Shown here one piece after another: positions 32,178 through 42,834 of a stretch of 64,000 bases of DNA; the stretch's first letter is position 1; the number at the start of each line of letters is the position of its first letter. The stretch lies in NCBI GenBank assembly GCA_963703225.1, contig OY969801.1, forward strand, positions 2,048,001-2,112,000. The letters run 5' to 3'. The notes under the pieces are model-generated. The model saw only the letters and a program-made list of their open reading frames with translations. It made no database searches and was not told where the DNA came from. The position numbers and the translations under genes were made by a program. The DNA is from Candidatus Eiseniibacteriota bacterium. Lineage in GTDB: Bacteria > Eisenbacteria > RBG-16-71-46 > SZUA-252.

Positions 32178-33163
32178 TGGACCACCGCCGCGGCCCATGT
32201 GAAGCCGCCCCCGAACGTGACCATCTCGACCAGGTCGCCGGGATTGATGCGACCTCCCCTTCGCGCTTCGTCCAGCGCCAGGGGTATGGAGGCCGAGGAG
32301 GTGTTGCCGTAGCGGTCCAGATTCACGAACACCTTTTCCATGGGCAGCCCGAGCCGTCGCGCCGTCGCGTCGATGATGCGGTAGTTCGCCTGGTGCGGGA
32401 TCAAGAGCGACAGATCCTCCGGCTTTCGCCCGGCCGCTTCGAGCGCCTCCAGCGCGACCGACTCCATGGCGCGGACCGCGTGCTTGAAGACGTCGTTTCC
32501 GCTCATGTGGATCGTGTGGAGCCTCTTGTCCACCGTTTCGTGGCTCGGCGGCTGGAGCGATCCGCCGGCGGGCATCTCCAAAAGATGGACCAGGGAGCCG
32601 TCGCTGTGGAGCCGCGTCGACAGAATTCCGCCCGGCTTGTCGGACGCGCGGAGGATCACCGCGCCGGCCGCGTCTCCAAAGAGCACGCAGGTGTTTCGGT
32701 CGGTCCAGTTCACGATCTTGGAAAGGCTCTCGACACCGATGACGAGGACGGTCTCCGCGGCCCCCGACCGGATCGCGCTCCGGCCCACCGAGAGCCCGTA
32801 GAGGAACCCGGCGCACGCCGCCGAGACGTCGAATGCGTGCGCCTTCTTCGCCCCGATACGGTCTTGGACGAGGCAGGCCGTCGACGGAAACGTTCGGTCC
32901 CCGGTCACGGTACCGATGATGACCTGGTCGAGGTCGGCTCCGCGGATGCCGGCCGACTCCAGGGCGCGCGTGGCCGCCTCGGTGGCCAGGGCCGAAGAGG
33001 GGGTCTTGGGGTCGGAAATCCGCCGCTCCTTGATCCCGGTCCGCGACGTGATCCACTCGTCCGAGGTGTCGACGATCTTCTCGAGGTCCTGATTGGTGAG
33101 CACCCGCTCGGGCGTGAAGGAGCCGGTGCCCACGATGTGAACGGACCGGGCGGGGGCGATCAC
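32171..33163 (-). CDS. fabH: 3-oxoacyl-ACP synthase III
   Basis: DTSDEWITSRTGI, AACAGF, PHQANYRII, YGNTSSAS, FGGGFTW. Confidence 0.96.
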   Translation of the reverse strand: MIAPARSVHIVGTGSFTPERVLTNQDLEKIVDTSDEWITSRTGIKERRISDPKTPSSALATEAATRALESAGIRGADLDQVIIGTVTGDRTFPSTACLVQDRIGAKKAHAFDVSAACAGFLYGLSVGRSAIRSGAAETVLVIGVESLSKIVNWTDRNTCVLFGDAAGAVILRASDKPGGILSTRLHSDGSLVHLLEMPAGGSLQPPSHETVDKRLHTIHMSGNDVFKHAVRAMESVALEALEAAGRKPEDLSLLIPHQANYRIIDATARRLGLPMEKVFVNLDRYGNTSSASIPLALDEARRGGRINPGDLVEMVTFGGGFTWAAAVVQW

Positions 33164-34192
33164 GCGGCCTCCGGCGCCAGACGTTGGAGCTCGTTTCGGA
33201 TCGAGTCGGGAACGTTGGCCTCGGCGCACCGCGCCGCCGCGCGGATCGCGTTCTTGATCGCGCGGGCGTTCGATCGGCCGTGGGCGATGATGCAATTGCC
33301 GTCGACGCCCAGAAGCGGCGCCCCGCCCACCTCGGCGTAGTCGAGGCGGTTCCTGAGGCGCCGGAACGCCGGCTTCAAGAGGAGACCGGCCATCATGCTG
33401 AGAGGGTGGCGGGCGATTTCGTCTTTGATCATGCTCGAGATGCTTGGGATCACGCTCTCCGCGAATTTGAGCAGCACGTTTCCGACGAAGCCATCGCAGA
33501 CGACGACGTCGGCTGTGCCGAGGATGATGTCCCGGCCCTCCACGTTGCCGACGAAGTGGACCGGGCTGCGCTTGAGGAGCTGGTGCGCCTCGTAGTAGAG
33601 CTCGCTCCCCTTCTCCGCCTCCTCGCCGATGTTCAAGAGGCCGACGCGCGGGCGTTCGACGTGCAACACGAGCCGCGCGTAGATGCTCCCCATGAGCGCG
33701 AATTGGTAGAGGTGGTAGGGCTTGCAGTCGGAGGTGGCCCCCACGTCCAGGACCACCACGTTGCCCTGGGGGGTCGGGAGAACGGTCGCGATCGCGGGAC
33801 GCTGGATCGACTCGATGCGGCCCGAGCTCGAAGAGCGCCGCCGCCACGACCGCCCCGGTGTTCCCCGCCGAGACGAGCGCGTCGGTCTGGTGCTCCTTCT
33901 GGAGGCGGGCGGAGACGCTGATCGAAGAATCGCGCTTCCTGCGGACGGAAGACGCCGCCGACTCGGCCATCTCCACGCGCTCCGCGGCGTGAATGATGCG
34001 CGGCAGTCGATCGCGCACGCCGAGCCGAGTCGCCTCTCGGACGATCACATCCTCGTCTCCCACGAGGGCGACATCGAACGTGGATTCGGCCTCTCGAAGC
34101 GCTTCGAGCGCGCCCTCGATCACGACGCGGGGAGCGTGGTCGCCCCCCATCGCGTCCACCCCGATGACCGGTCCTGTTTCTCGACGGTCCAT
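33160..34192 (-). CDS. plsX: Phosphate acyltransferase PlsX (apparent indel near 33820)
   Basis: DAMGGDHAP, SAGNTGA; then LDVGA, LLNIGEE, VVCDGFVGNVLLK, AHGRS in the next frame. Confidence 0.95.
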
Positions 34193-34211
34193 CGTCAGTT
34201 TCGAGGCCGCC

Positions 34212-34403
34212 CTAGGATGTCTTGGCTGTCTCCTGGGCGATGATCTCCTCGCCCGCGTAATAGCCGCAGTGGGAGCAGACGCGGTGCGGGAGCTTGGGCT
34301 GGCTGCAGTGGGAGCAGAGCGACCTGGAGGGAAGTCCCAGCTTCCAGTTCGTGCGGCGCTTCTTGCCCCGGGTGCTCGAATGCCTTCTCTTGGGAACGGC
34401 CAT
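34212..34403 (-). CDS. rpmF: 50S ribosomal protein L32
   Basis: MAVPKRRHS...CSHC...PHRVCSHCGYY. Confidence 0.97.
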   Translation of the reverse strand: MAVPKRRHSSTRGKKRRTNWKLGLPSRSLCSHCSQPKLPHRVCSHCGYYAGEEIIAQETAKTS

Positions 34404-34466
34404 TTGTAGTTACCCTCGTTGGAACACGGAAGTGGGGCCCGAGCGGGAGATCCCGATTGCTTCGAA

Positions 34467-34949
34467 TCACCCCGCGGCCGCGCGCCCGCAGCGGCAGGGC
34501 CCTTGGTTGCGATCCTCGCCGCATCGGGGGCACAGCCCCGCGCAAGACTCCTTGCAGAGCGGCTTCATGGGGAGGCCCAGAATCACGGCCTCGCGGATTT
34601 CCTGGTCGATGGAGAGGATCCGGCCATCGTGGAAGTGCACCCCCCCATCCTCCTCGTCCGCGGCCCTCGAACTCACCACGTTGGGATTCTGCACTTTAGC
34701 ACAGAAGACCTCGAAGTCCAAATCGAGAGTCTCGGGGTAGTCGACCAGGCAGCGGCTACATTGTTGCGATGAAATGAGATGGAGCTTGCCCCGGATCCAG
34801 ATCTCGTCTCCCCGCCGGTCGAGCGCCAGGCCCAGGAGAAGGGGGCCCGTAACGGCGACCTCCTCCGGGGTAAGCCCCACCGACGGAGCCGTGAGCTCGA
34901 ACTGGAGACGGCTCTGGCCCTCGGCCAGATCGCGCAAATCGATTTGCAT
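34467..34949 (-). CDS. yceD: YceD/DUF177 family protein
   Basis: CSRCL, PMKPLCKESCAGLCPRCG; upstream of rpmF. Confidence 0.9.
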   Translation of the reverse strand: MQIDLRDLAEGQSRLQFELTAPSVGLTPEEVAVTGPLLLGLALDRRGDEIWIRGKLHLISSQQCSRCLVDYPETLDLDFEVFCAKVQNPNVVSSRAADEEDGGVHFHDGRILSIDQEIREAVILGLPMKPLCKESCAGLCPRCGEDRNQGPCRCGRAAAG

Positions 34950-34962
34950 GTGCGAATGGGGT

Positions 34963-35379
34963 TTAGCGCCCCGACCCTTCCTCGCCGAAAAAGAATGGAA
35001 TCTCGATGCGGGCCGACTCCGGAGAGTCGGAGGCATGGACCGCGTTGTTCTGCTTAGATTCCGCGTGACGCGCGCGGATCGTATCGGGTTTTGCCTCCTT
35101 GGGATCGGTCGCCCCGATCAGCTCGCGAAGCCCGAGGATCGCGTCTTGCCGTCTGAGGCGGCATGGAACCACCGGGCCAGAGGACATGAAGCGAACGAGA
35201 TCCTCCAGGAAAGGCTTCCCTTCGTGGACGGCGTAGAACCGCCGGGCCGCCGGCGGGTCGAGGCGAACCATCTTCATCGCCACGATTTCGAACCCCGCCT
35301 TTTCAATCATGGCGAGTATCGCCCCGATCTTCCCCGCCCGAACCGCGTCGGGCTTGATCATGAACAGCGTCTCCTCCAC
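34963..35379 (-). CDS. ndk: Nucleoside diphosphate kinase
   Basis: MIKPDAV, FYAVHEGKPF, GATDP, NAVHASDS. Confidence 0.96.
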   Translation of the reverse strand: MEETLFMIKPDAVRAGKIGAILAMIEKAGFEIVAMKMVRLDPPAARRFYAVHEGKPFLEDLVRFMSSGPVVPCRLRRQDAILGLRELIGATDPKEAKPDTIRARHAESKQNNAVHASDSPESARIEIPFFFGEEGSGR

Positions 35380-35424
35380 CCACTCCTCCTCTTTCGCATT
35401 ACTGGATGAGGTTCTCCCCGCGCC

Positions 35425-35991
35425 CTAGGCGTGGAGCCGGCTCCTGCCCATTTCCATTCCCGCGTCGAGCGCCGCCAGCGCCGCCGGCCTCCCGCGCTCC
35501 GGAAGCAGCCGTTCCGCGGCTTCGTAGAGCGCCCGACGGCTCACAGCACCGGTGAACGCGGTCACGACCGCGGCCGCGACCAGATCGACAACCAAGTTGG
35601 TCCCCGCCGCATCGATCGCCGTCCTGACGAGCGGCAGGACGATCGCAAAGGGCGGCGCCTCGTCTTGAATGAGCTCTTCGACCAGAAGCTGACCCTCGGG
35701 TGCGAGGTCGGGCGCGAAGCGGTCGAGCGCCGACCTCGAGGAGACAAGCAGGCATTCCGGCGAATCGACCAGAGGGTACTCCTCCTGCTCGTTCGCGATC
35801 CGGATGGCCCCGCCGCTCCAGGGCCCGCGGGCCGCGGGACCCAGGGTCGGCGCGTGCGACACAAAGCGTCGGTCAATCAGCGCGGCCTCCGCGAGCAAGT
35901 ACCCTGCGAAGAGGAGCCCGTGCGCGGGGTCTCCGGCAAGGCGTATGGAGTGCCCCCTCCGTGGAAGCATCCCGACCGCTTCGCGGGTCAT
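35425..35991 (-). CDS. Divergent 2-oxoacid:ferredoxin oxidoreductase gamma-subunit homologue
   Basis: IRLAG...G...AG.LLAEAA, LGPAARG..S, and EYP pattern; follows alpha and beta with overlapping start/stop. Confidence 0.72.
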   Translation of the reverse strand: MTREAVGMLPRRGHSIRLAGDPAHGLLFAGYLLAEAALIDRRFVSHAPTLGPAARGPWSGGAIRIANEQEEYPLVDSPECLLVSSRSALDRFAPDLAPEGQLLVEELIQDEAPPFAIVLPLVRTAIDAAGTNLVVDLVAAAVVTAFTGAVSRRALYEAAERLLPERGRPAALAALDAGMEMGRSRLHA

Positions 35992-36719
35992 CGCGCCCGA
36001 TCCCCCAAGGGCCAGAGTCTCCCGACGCGAAACCGCTCCGGGCCCGCGTCGACCGGGCCCCCCCCATCCGGCGCCCGGGCCGCGCGGCGCTCCATCGCTT
36101 CGCGCATGGCTTCCGGCGTCGCGTGGCCGTTCCACCGGCCGTATGCCGGATAGCAGGGGGCGCGCACTTCCAAGAGCGCGAACGGCGGGGCCAGGACGAA
36201 CTCGTCGAGGAGCGAGGAGAGCGCTCGGCCCCCGGTGAGTGTCTCCCGGCCGACCCACGAAGCGCCGGCCGTCCGCGCCACTTCGGCCAGGTCGAGCGCC
36301 TTCGGCGTCGAGCCCGTCGTGAGGAGCGCCGTCCGCGCGCCTTGGGGCGTCGTGGGCGACGGAAATCCTCCGGTCCCGCCGAGCACCTCGTTGTTCACGA
36401 CGAGGACGCGGACGCGATCGCCGCGACGCGCGGCGTGGAGGAGATGGTTGCCTCCCACCCCGGCGGCCTCCCCATCTCCCAGCAGCACGAAAACCTCCCG
36501 GTCGGGTCTCGCGGCGGCGATGCCGAGCGCGAACGGGAGCGACCGTCCCATCGGAACACGATGGCGCGCTCCCTCGACCCATCCGGCCACGTAGGCGGCG
36601 CATCCCCCTCCTGTCACCACCGTACGGCGCTCCGGCAAGACTCCGGCCCGCGAGAGCGCGGCGGCCACCTCGCGGCCGAGCACGTCGAGCGCGCAGGAGG
36701 GATCGCAGAGGGAGATCAC
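35988..36719 (-). CDS. Divergent 2-oxoacid:ferredoxin oxidoreductase beta-subunit homologue (TPP-binding fold)
   Basis: GDGEAAGVGGNHLLHAARR...VNNEVLGGTGG.PSPTTP; GRSLPFALG. Confidence 0.8.
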   Translation of the reverse strand: MISLCDPSCALDVLGREVAAALSRAGVLPERRTVVTGGGCAAYVAGWVEGARHRVPMGRSLPFALGIAAARPDREVFVLLGDGEAAGVGGNHLLHAARRGDRVRVLVVNNEVLGGTGGFPSPTTPQGARTALLTTGSTPKALDLAEVARTAGASWVGRETLTGGRALSSLLDEFVLAPPFALLEVRAPCYPAYGRWNGHATPEAMREAMERRAARAPDGGGPVDAGPERFRVGRLWPLGDRAR

Positions 36720-37633
36720 GCGGCTTTCCTCAGGGAGTCCAGAATTCGCGAGGGAACGATCATCCCTTCGTGGCGCTCCGCGATCGTGGAAATGTCCAGG
36801 GGCCGGCCGGTCCTCCGGGACCGAGCCGAAATGGTGTCGGCCAGCTGCCCCTCGTTCAGCTCGGCCACCAAGAGCGTGCGCGCGCGGGCCAAGACCGGCG
36901 CGAGCTCTTCGTGTGGAAAGGGCCAAAGACGCACCGGCCGGAAGAGCCCCGCGCGAATTCCCTCCTCGCGGGCCAGGCGCACCGCGGTGCGCGCCGCGCG
37001 GGCCACAATGCCGAAGGCGATGACGAGGATCGTCGCGTCGCGCGTGCGGTAGAGCTCAGCCGATGGCACCGGGCCGGCGTCGTCGTGCTCGGTCTCCCGC
37101 CCGACCGGCTCCCGCAGATGAGCGATGACGTCGTCGACGTAGACCAGGACCGGCGTCGTGCGCTTGAGGGCGAGTGCCGCCGCGGCGCGCGTCAACAGGA
37201 AGCACTCCTCTGAGGTCGCGGGGGCCCAAACGGGGGCCCAATCTCCCCCGTGAGGCGCGATTCGAAGCCGGGACGCTTCCTCCTGACTGGCGCACTCGAC
37301 GCGGCGCGGGGAGTCGGAGCGCCCGCCCACCAAGAGGAAGAGCGCGGGGAGCTTCGACTCGATGCCGTAACGGATCTGGTCCTCGGCGGCCGTCAGGGCC
37401 GTGGCCGTCATCGCCGCCACGCCGAGCCTGCCGGCGGCCCCAGCCCCGAGCACAGCGCCCACGGCGGCCGGAGCATCCTCGGCCAGCAGGGTCACACCTC
37501 CGTGCGTCGGGAGCTGGGCGAAGAGCGCGGCGTCGATTTCCGAGCTCGGGGCGAGCGGGTACCCCGCGAAGAGGGTCGCACCGCCCGCGATGGCGCCGGC
37601 GGCCATGGCTTCATTTCCAAGGAGGAGTTTCAC
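36716..37633 (-). CDS. Divergent, shortened 2-oxoacid:ferredoxin oxidoreductase alpha-subunit homologue
   Basis: GNEAMAAGAI, FAGYPLAPSSEI, HGGD, DDVIAHLRE, LWPFP, AELNEGQL. Confidence 0.8.
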   Translation of the reverse strand: MKLLLGNEAMAAGAIAGGATLFAGYPLAPSSEIDAALFAQLPTHGGVTLLAEDAPAAVGAVLGAGAAGRLGVAAMTATALTAAEDQIRYGIESKLPALFLLVGGRSDSPRRVECASQEEASRLRIAPHGGDWAPVWAPATSEECFLLTRAAAALALKRTTPVLVYVDDVIAHLREPVGRETEHDDAGPVPSAELYRTRDATILVIAFGIVARAARTAVRLAREEGIRAGLFRPVRLWPFPHEELAPVLARARTLLVAELNEGQLADTISARSRRTGRPLDISTIAERHEGMIVPSRILDSLRKAA

Positions 37634-37694
37634 GGGCCTTTCGCCTTAAGGCGCCGGTTCGCGCGGTGGCGCGCGGCTCCCGGCCGGGGTCTCT

Positions 37695-38696
37695 CTACCG
37701 CCGCTTCCGTTTCGAAGCGGACGCGGCTTTCTTCGGGGTCGACTTCGTTTTCCGCGCGCGACTCTTGGCGGCGGGGACGGCTCTCCGCCGCGCGCCGCCG
37801 ACAATCTTGAGCCGCCCGGCGCCTCGCTCCTTGAGCGCGGCCTCAATGAGGCTCGGGATCTCCGAGGGGACCTTGGCCACGGGGACGCCCGCGCGCTCGA
37901 ACCGGGCCATCTTTTCCTGGGCTGTCCCCGAGCCTCCGGAGACGATCGCGCCGGCGTGCCCCATCCGCTTCCCGGGCGGCGCCGTCTGGCCGGCGATGAA
38001 GGCGACGACGGGCTTCGTGACATGCGCTTCGATGAGCGCCGCCGCATCCTCCTCATCGCTCCCGCCGATCTCGCCGATCAGGACGATCGCGTCGGTCTTA
38101 TCGTCAGCCTCGAACAACGCGAGCGTGTCGACGAAGCGTGTGCCGACGATCGGATCGCCGCCGATCCCGATGCAGGTCGACTGCCCCAGCTTGGCCCGCG
38201 TCAGCTGCCAGACCACTTCGTAGGTGAGCGTTCCGCTGCGGCTCACGAGACCGATCCGCCCAGGCGAATGAATGAACCCCGGCATGATGCCCACCTTGCA
38301 CTGTCCGGGCGTGATGAGCCCCGGGCAGTTGGGACCAATCAGCCGTGTGGAGCGGCCGCGGAGGTACCCGGCCACATCGACCATGTCGCGGACCGGCAAT
38401 CCTTCCGTGATGCAGACCACGAGCGCGATCTCCGCGTCCACCGCCTCGTAGATCGCGTCCTGGGCGAGCGCCGCCGGCACGTAGATCACCGAGACATTGG
38501 CCCGGGTGCGCGCCGCCGCCTCCTCGACGGAGTCGAAGACGGGAATGCCGTCGACGTTCGTGCCGCCTTTACCCGGGGTCACGCCGGCGACCACGCGCGT
38601 CCCGTACTCCTTCATCTGGCGGGCGTGAAACGATCCGTCTCGTCCGGTGATTCCCTGGACGAGGACCCGCGAGTCCCGGCCGACGAGAATGCTCAC
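37695..38696 (-). CDS. sucD: Succinyl-CoA synthetase alpha subunit
   Basis: [33 protein letters not shown]. Confidence 0.97.
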   Translation of the reverse strand: MSILVGRDSRVLVQGITGRDGSFHARQMKEYGTRVVAGVTPGKGGTNVDGIPVFDSVEEAAARTRANVSVIYVPAALAQDAIYEAVDAEIALVVCITEGLPVRDMVDVAGYLRGRSTRLIGPNCPGLITPGQCKVGIMPGFIHSPGRIGLVSRSGTLTYEVVWQLTRAKLGQSTCIGIGGDPIVGTRFVDTLALFEADDKTDAIVLIGEIGGSDEEDAAALIEAHVTKPVVAFIAGQTAPPGKRMGHAGAIVSGGSGTAQEKMARFERAGVPVAKVPSEIPSLIEAALKERGAGRLKIVGGARRRAVPAAKSRARKTKSTPKKAASASKRKRR

Positions 38697-39829
38697 GCCG
38701 CCTCCGCCGCGCGGGCGATGACGGCCCGAACCGCCGCGTCCATGTCGCTGAGCGCCGTCATGCCCCGGGCATGGAGCAGCTCGCGCGCCTCCTTTTCGTT
38801 CGTTCCCGTGAGCCGGATCACGATCGGGATCTTGATCCCCGTCCGATCGAGCGCCGTGATGAGGCCCCTCGCCACGTCATCGCACCGCGTGATGCCGCCG
38901 AAGATATTGAAGAGGACGGCGCGCACCCGGGCGTCCCGGGTCAGGATACCCATCGCCGCCGTCACCTTGTCGGGATTGGAGGAGCCGCCGATGTCGAGAA
39001 AATTGGCCGGTTTCCCGCCGTGATACTGGATCAGGTCCATGGTCGCCATGGCAAGTCCCGCTCCGTTCACGACGCAGCCGATCGTGCCGTCGAGCCGCAC
39101 GTAGGAGAGACCGCGCTCGCGCGCCTCCACCTCGCCCGGATCCTCATCTTCCAAGTCGCGGAGCGCAGCGAGATCGGGATGACGGTCGAGGGCGTTGTCG
39201 TCGATCACGACCTTCGCGTCCAGCGCCCACACCTCGTGCGCTTGGGTCACCACGAGCGGATTGATCTCGGCGAGCGACGCGTCCTGCTCGCGGTATACCT
39301 TCGCCAGGCGGGTGAGGACCGGGACCAACGCCTTCGCGATCTCCCAGCGTGAGTCGAGGAAACGCGCGGCGGCGCGGGCGCGGTAGGCGGGGAGGCCGCG
39401 CCCATCGAGGTGAAGCCGCAATATCTTTTCCGGGGTCGCGCGGGCGACATCCTCGATGTCGACCCCGCCCGCGGGGCTCACCATGAGGAGCGGCGTTTCG
39501 TACTTTCGGTCGAGCACGATGCCGGCGTAGTACTCCCGCTCAATCTCCGCGCTCGGCGTGATCAAGACTCGGCGCACCTTGTGGCCGCGGATCTCCATGG
39601 CAAGGATCCGCCCCGCTTCGCGGGCCAGCTCCTCCGCGGACCGCACCACCTTCACGCCGCCGGCCTTTCCCCGGCCGCCGATCAACACCTGCGCCTTGAC
39701 CACGGCCGGGTAGCCGAGCCGGGCCGCGATGGCGGACGCCTCCTCGACGCTGACCGCTACTTCTCCGGGCGGAACGGGAATGCCCGCCGAACGTAGGAGC
39801 TCTTTGCCCTGATATTCGTGGAGGTTCAT
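38693..39829 (-). CDS. sucC: Succinyl-CoA synthetase beta subunit
   Basis: [43 protein letters not shown]. Confidence 0.97.
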   Translation of the reverse strand: MNLHEYQGKELLRSAGIPVPPGEVAVSVEEASAIAARLGYPAVVKAQVLIGGRGKAGGVKVVRSAEELAREAGRILAMEIRGHKVRRVLITPSAEIEREYYAGIVLDRKYETPLLMVSPAGGVDIEDVARATPEKILRLHLDGRGLPAYRARAAARFLDSRWEIAKALVPVLTRLAKVYREQDASLAEINPLVVTQAHEVWALDAKVVIDDNALDRHPDLAALRDLEDEDPGEVEARERGLSYVRLDGTIGCVVNGAGLAMATMDLIQYHGGKPANFLDIGGSSNPDKVTAAMGILTRDARVRAVLFNIFGGITRCDDVARGLITALDRTGIKIPIVIRLTGTNEKEARELLHARGMTALSDMDAAVRAVIARAAEAA

Positions 39830-41295
39830 CGCTTGGTGCCGCGGCGACGGGCCGCCGGGTTCAGGCGTTCCGCCCTCCGGGGAAGGCGGGGGCCCGCCGC
39901 CTTGCGGGCCGCCTTGCGGATCCCCGATCGCTTCGCGCTCGCGCGCTTCGGCGCGCCCCGCTTCTTCCCGAGCCGGGCGAACAGTTCGCCGATCACGTCC
40001 TCCAGCTTCGGACGCCCGATCTCCTCCAGCTCGTAGCCGACCCGGACGGTGGGGATCCGGATTTTCATCAACCGGCGGAGATCGATCGGCGTCGCGATGA
40101 CCACGACGTCACATTCGCACGCGTTGATGGTCCGTTCCATGTCGCGAATCTGCTCCTTGGAGTAGCCCATGGCCGGGAGCAGCGCGCCGATCTCGGGGTA
40201 TTGGCGGAAGGTGTCCTGTATCTCGCCGACCAGCCAGGGACGGGGATCGACGATTTCGCGCGCGCCGCACCGCTTGGCGGCGATCACGCCGGCGCCGTAG
40301 CGCATCTCGCCGTGGGTGAGCGTCGGTCCGTCCTCGATCACCAGCGCCCGCCGCCCGCGGATCAGCTCGGGCTTGTCGACCGAAATGGGGGAGGCCGCGT
40401 CGATCACGGTGGCGTCGGGGTTCACCGCGAAGACCGAGGCGCGGACCGTCTCGATGTTCGCGTAGTCGGTGGTCGTCTCCTTGTTGATGACCACGACGTG
40501 GGCCAACCGGAGGTTGGTCTCGCCCGGGTGGTAGGTGCGCTCGTGCCCCGGTCGGTGCGGGTCCGCCACCACAATGTGGAGATCGGGCCGGTAGAACGAG
40601 AAGTCGTTGTTCCCGCCGTCCCAGACGATCACCTCGGCCTCTTTCTCGGCGGACGCGAGGATCTCGGCGTAGTCGACGCCGGCGTAGACGATGGTGCCGC
40701 GATCCAGGTGCGGCTCGTACTCCTCGCGCTCCTCGATGGTGCAATGGTGCCGCTCCAAATCCGCATAGCTGGCGAAGCGCTGCACGCCCTGGCGGGAGAG
40801 CTCGCCGTAGGGCATGGGGTGGCGAATCACGACCACGCGCTTCCCCATCCGTTTGAGCACTTCGCAGACTTTGCGCGTCGTTTGGCTCTTGCCCGAGCCT
40901 GTCCGGACGGCGGTGATCGCGACGACCGGCACCTTGCTCTTCAACTGGGTGGACTTCGGGCCCATGAGCATGAAATCGCAGCCCAAGCTCGCGATCCAGG
41001 AGGCCTTGTGCATCACGTACTCGTGGGAGACGTCGCTGTAGGCGAAGACCACCAGGTCGACGTCGCGCTCGCGCACGATCCGGGGCAGCTCCTGCTCGCT
41101 ATAGATGGGCACCCCCTTGGGATAGCGCGCCCCGGCGAGGGAGCGGGGGTATCGCCGGTCGTCGATCCCGGGAATTTGGGTCGAGGCCGTGAAAGCCAAC
41201 ACTTCGTAGCCTGGGTTGTACTTAAAGAAGACGTTGAAGTTATGGAAGTCGCGCCCACCGGCGCCCATAATCACGACCCGTCTTGCGCGTCTCAC
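39826..41295 (-). CDS. P-loop ligase of the cyclic-2,3-DPG-synthetase-like (COG2403) family; likely arginine synthetase ArcE
   Basis: GAGGRDFHNFN, AYSDV, AVRTGSGKSQT, RHPMPYG, TIEEREEYEPH, WDGGNND, EDGPTLTHG, PAMGYS; AGGAGG RBS. Confidence 0.8.
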   Translation of the reverse strand: MRRARRVVIMGAGGRDFHNFNVFFKYNPGYEVLAFTASTQIPGIDDRRYPRSLAGARYPKGVPIYSEQELPRIVRERDVDLVVFAYSDVSHEYVMHKASWIASLGCDFMLMGPKSTQLKSKVPVVAITAVRTGSGKSQTTRKVCEVLKRMGKRVVVIRHPMPYGELSRQGVQRFASYADLERHHCTIEEREEYEPHLDRGTIVYAGVDYAEILASAEKEAEVIVWDGGNNDFSFYRPDLHIVVADPHRPGHERTYHPGETNLRLAHVVVINKETTTDYANIETVRASVFAVNPDATVIDAASPISVDKPELIRGRRALVIEDGPTLTHGEMRYGAGVIAAKRCGAREIVDPRPWLVGEIQDTFRQYPEIGALLPAMGYSKEQIRDMERTINACECDVVVIATPIDLRRLMKIRIPTVRVGYELEEIGRPKLEDVIGELFARLGKKRGAPKRASAKRSGIRKAARKAAGPRLPRRAERLNPAARRRGTKR

Positions 41296-41513
41296 TCGAG
41301 GCGAACCTCCTTCAGGGGTGTGGAGCGGGTTGGCGGCCCCCGGATCGTTGCGGGGCGAGCTTCGAGCCGCTCGCCGCGCTCAGGTGACCCACCACGGATT
41401 TGAGAGATGGCGGACTACATCGGTAGTGCACAACACTTTAGCGGCCGGATCGGCCCGCCGTCAAGGGCTGGAACATGGGCCTTCCGGCGCCGTTTCACCC
41501 TCCTCCCACCCGC

Positions 41514-42827
<1,314 letters not shown>

Positions 42828-42834
42828 CCGCGCG

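Noticed and set aside
30487..34192. Apparent fusions in the ORF track (PlsX-FabH, extended FabD/FabG; also AroQ-AccB, extended Tgt and RsmB)
   Set aside because: Artefacts of indels and stop-poor GC-rich frames. Each gene has its own start overlapping the previous stop.
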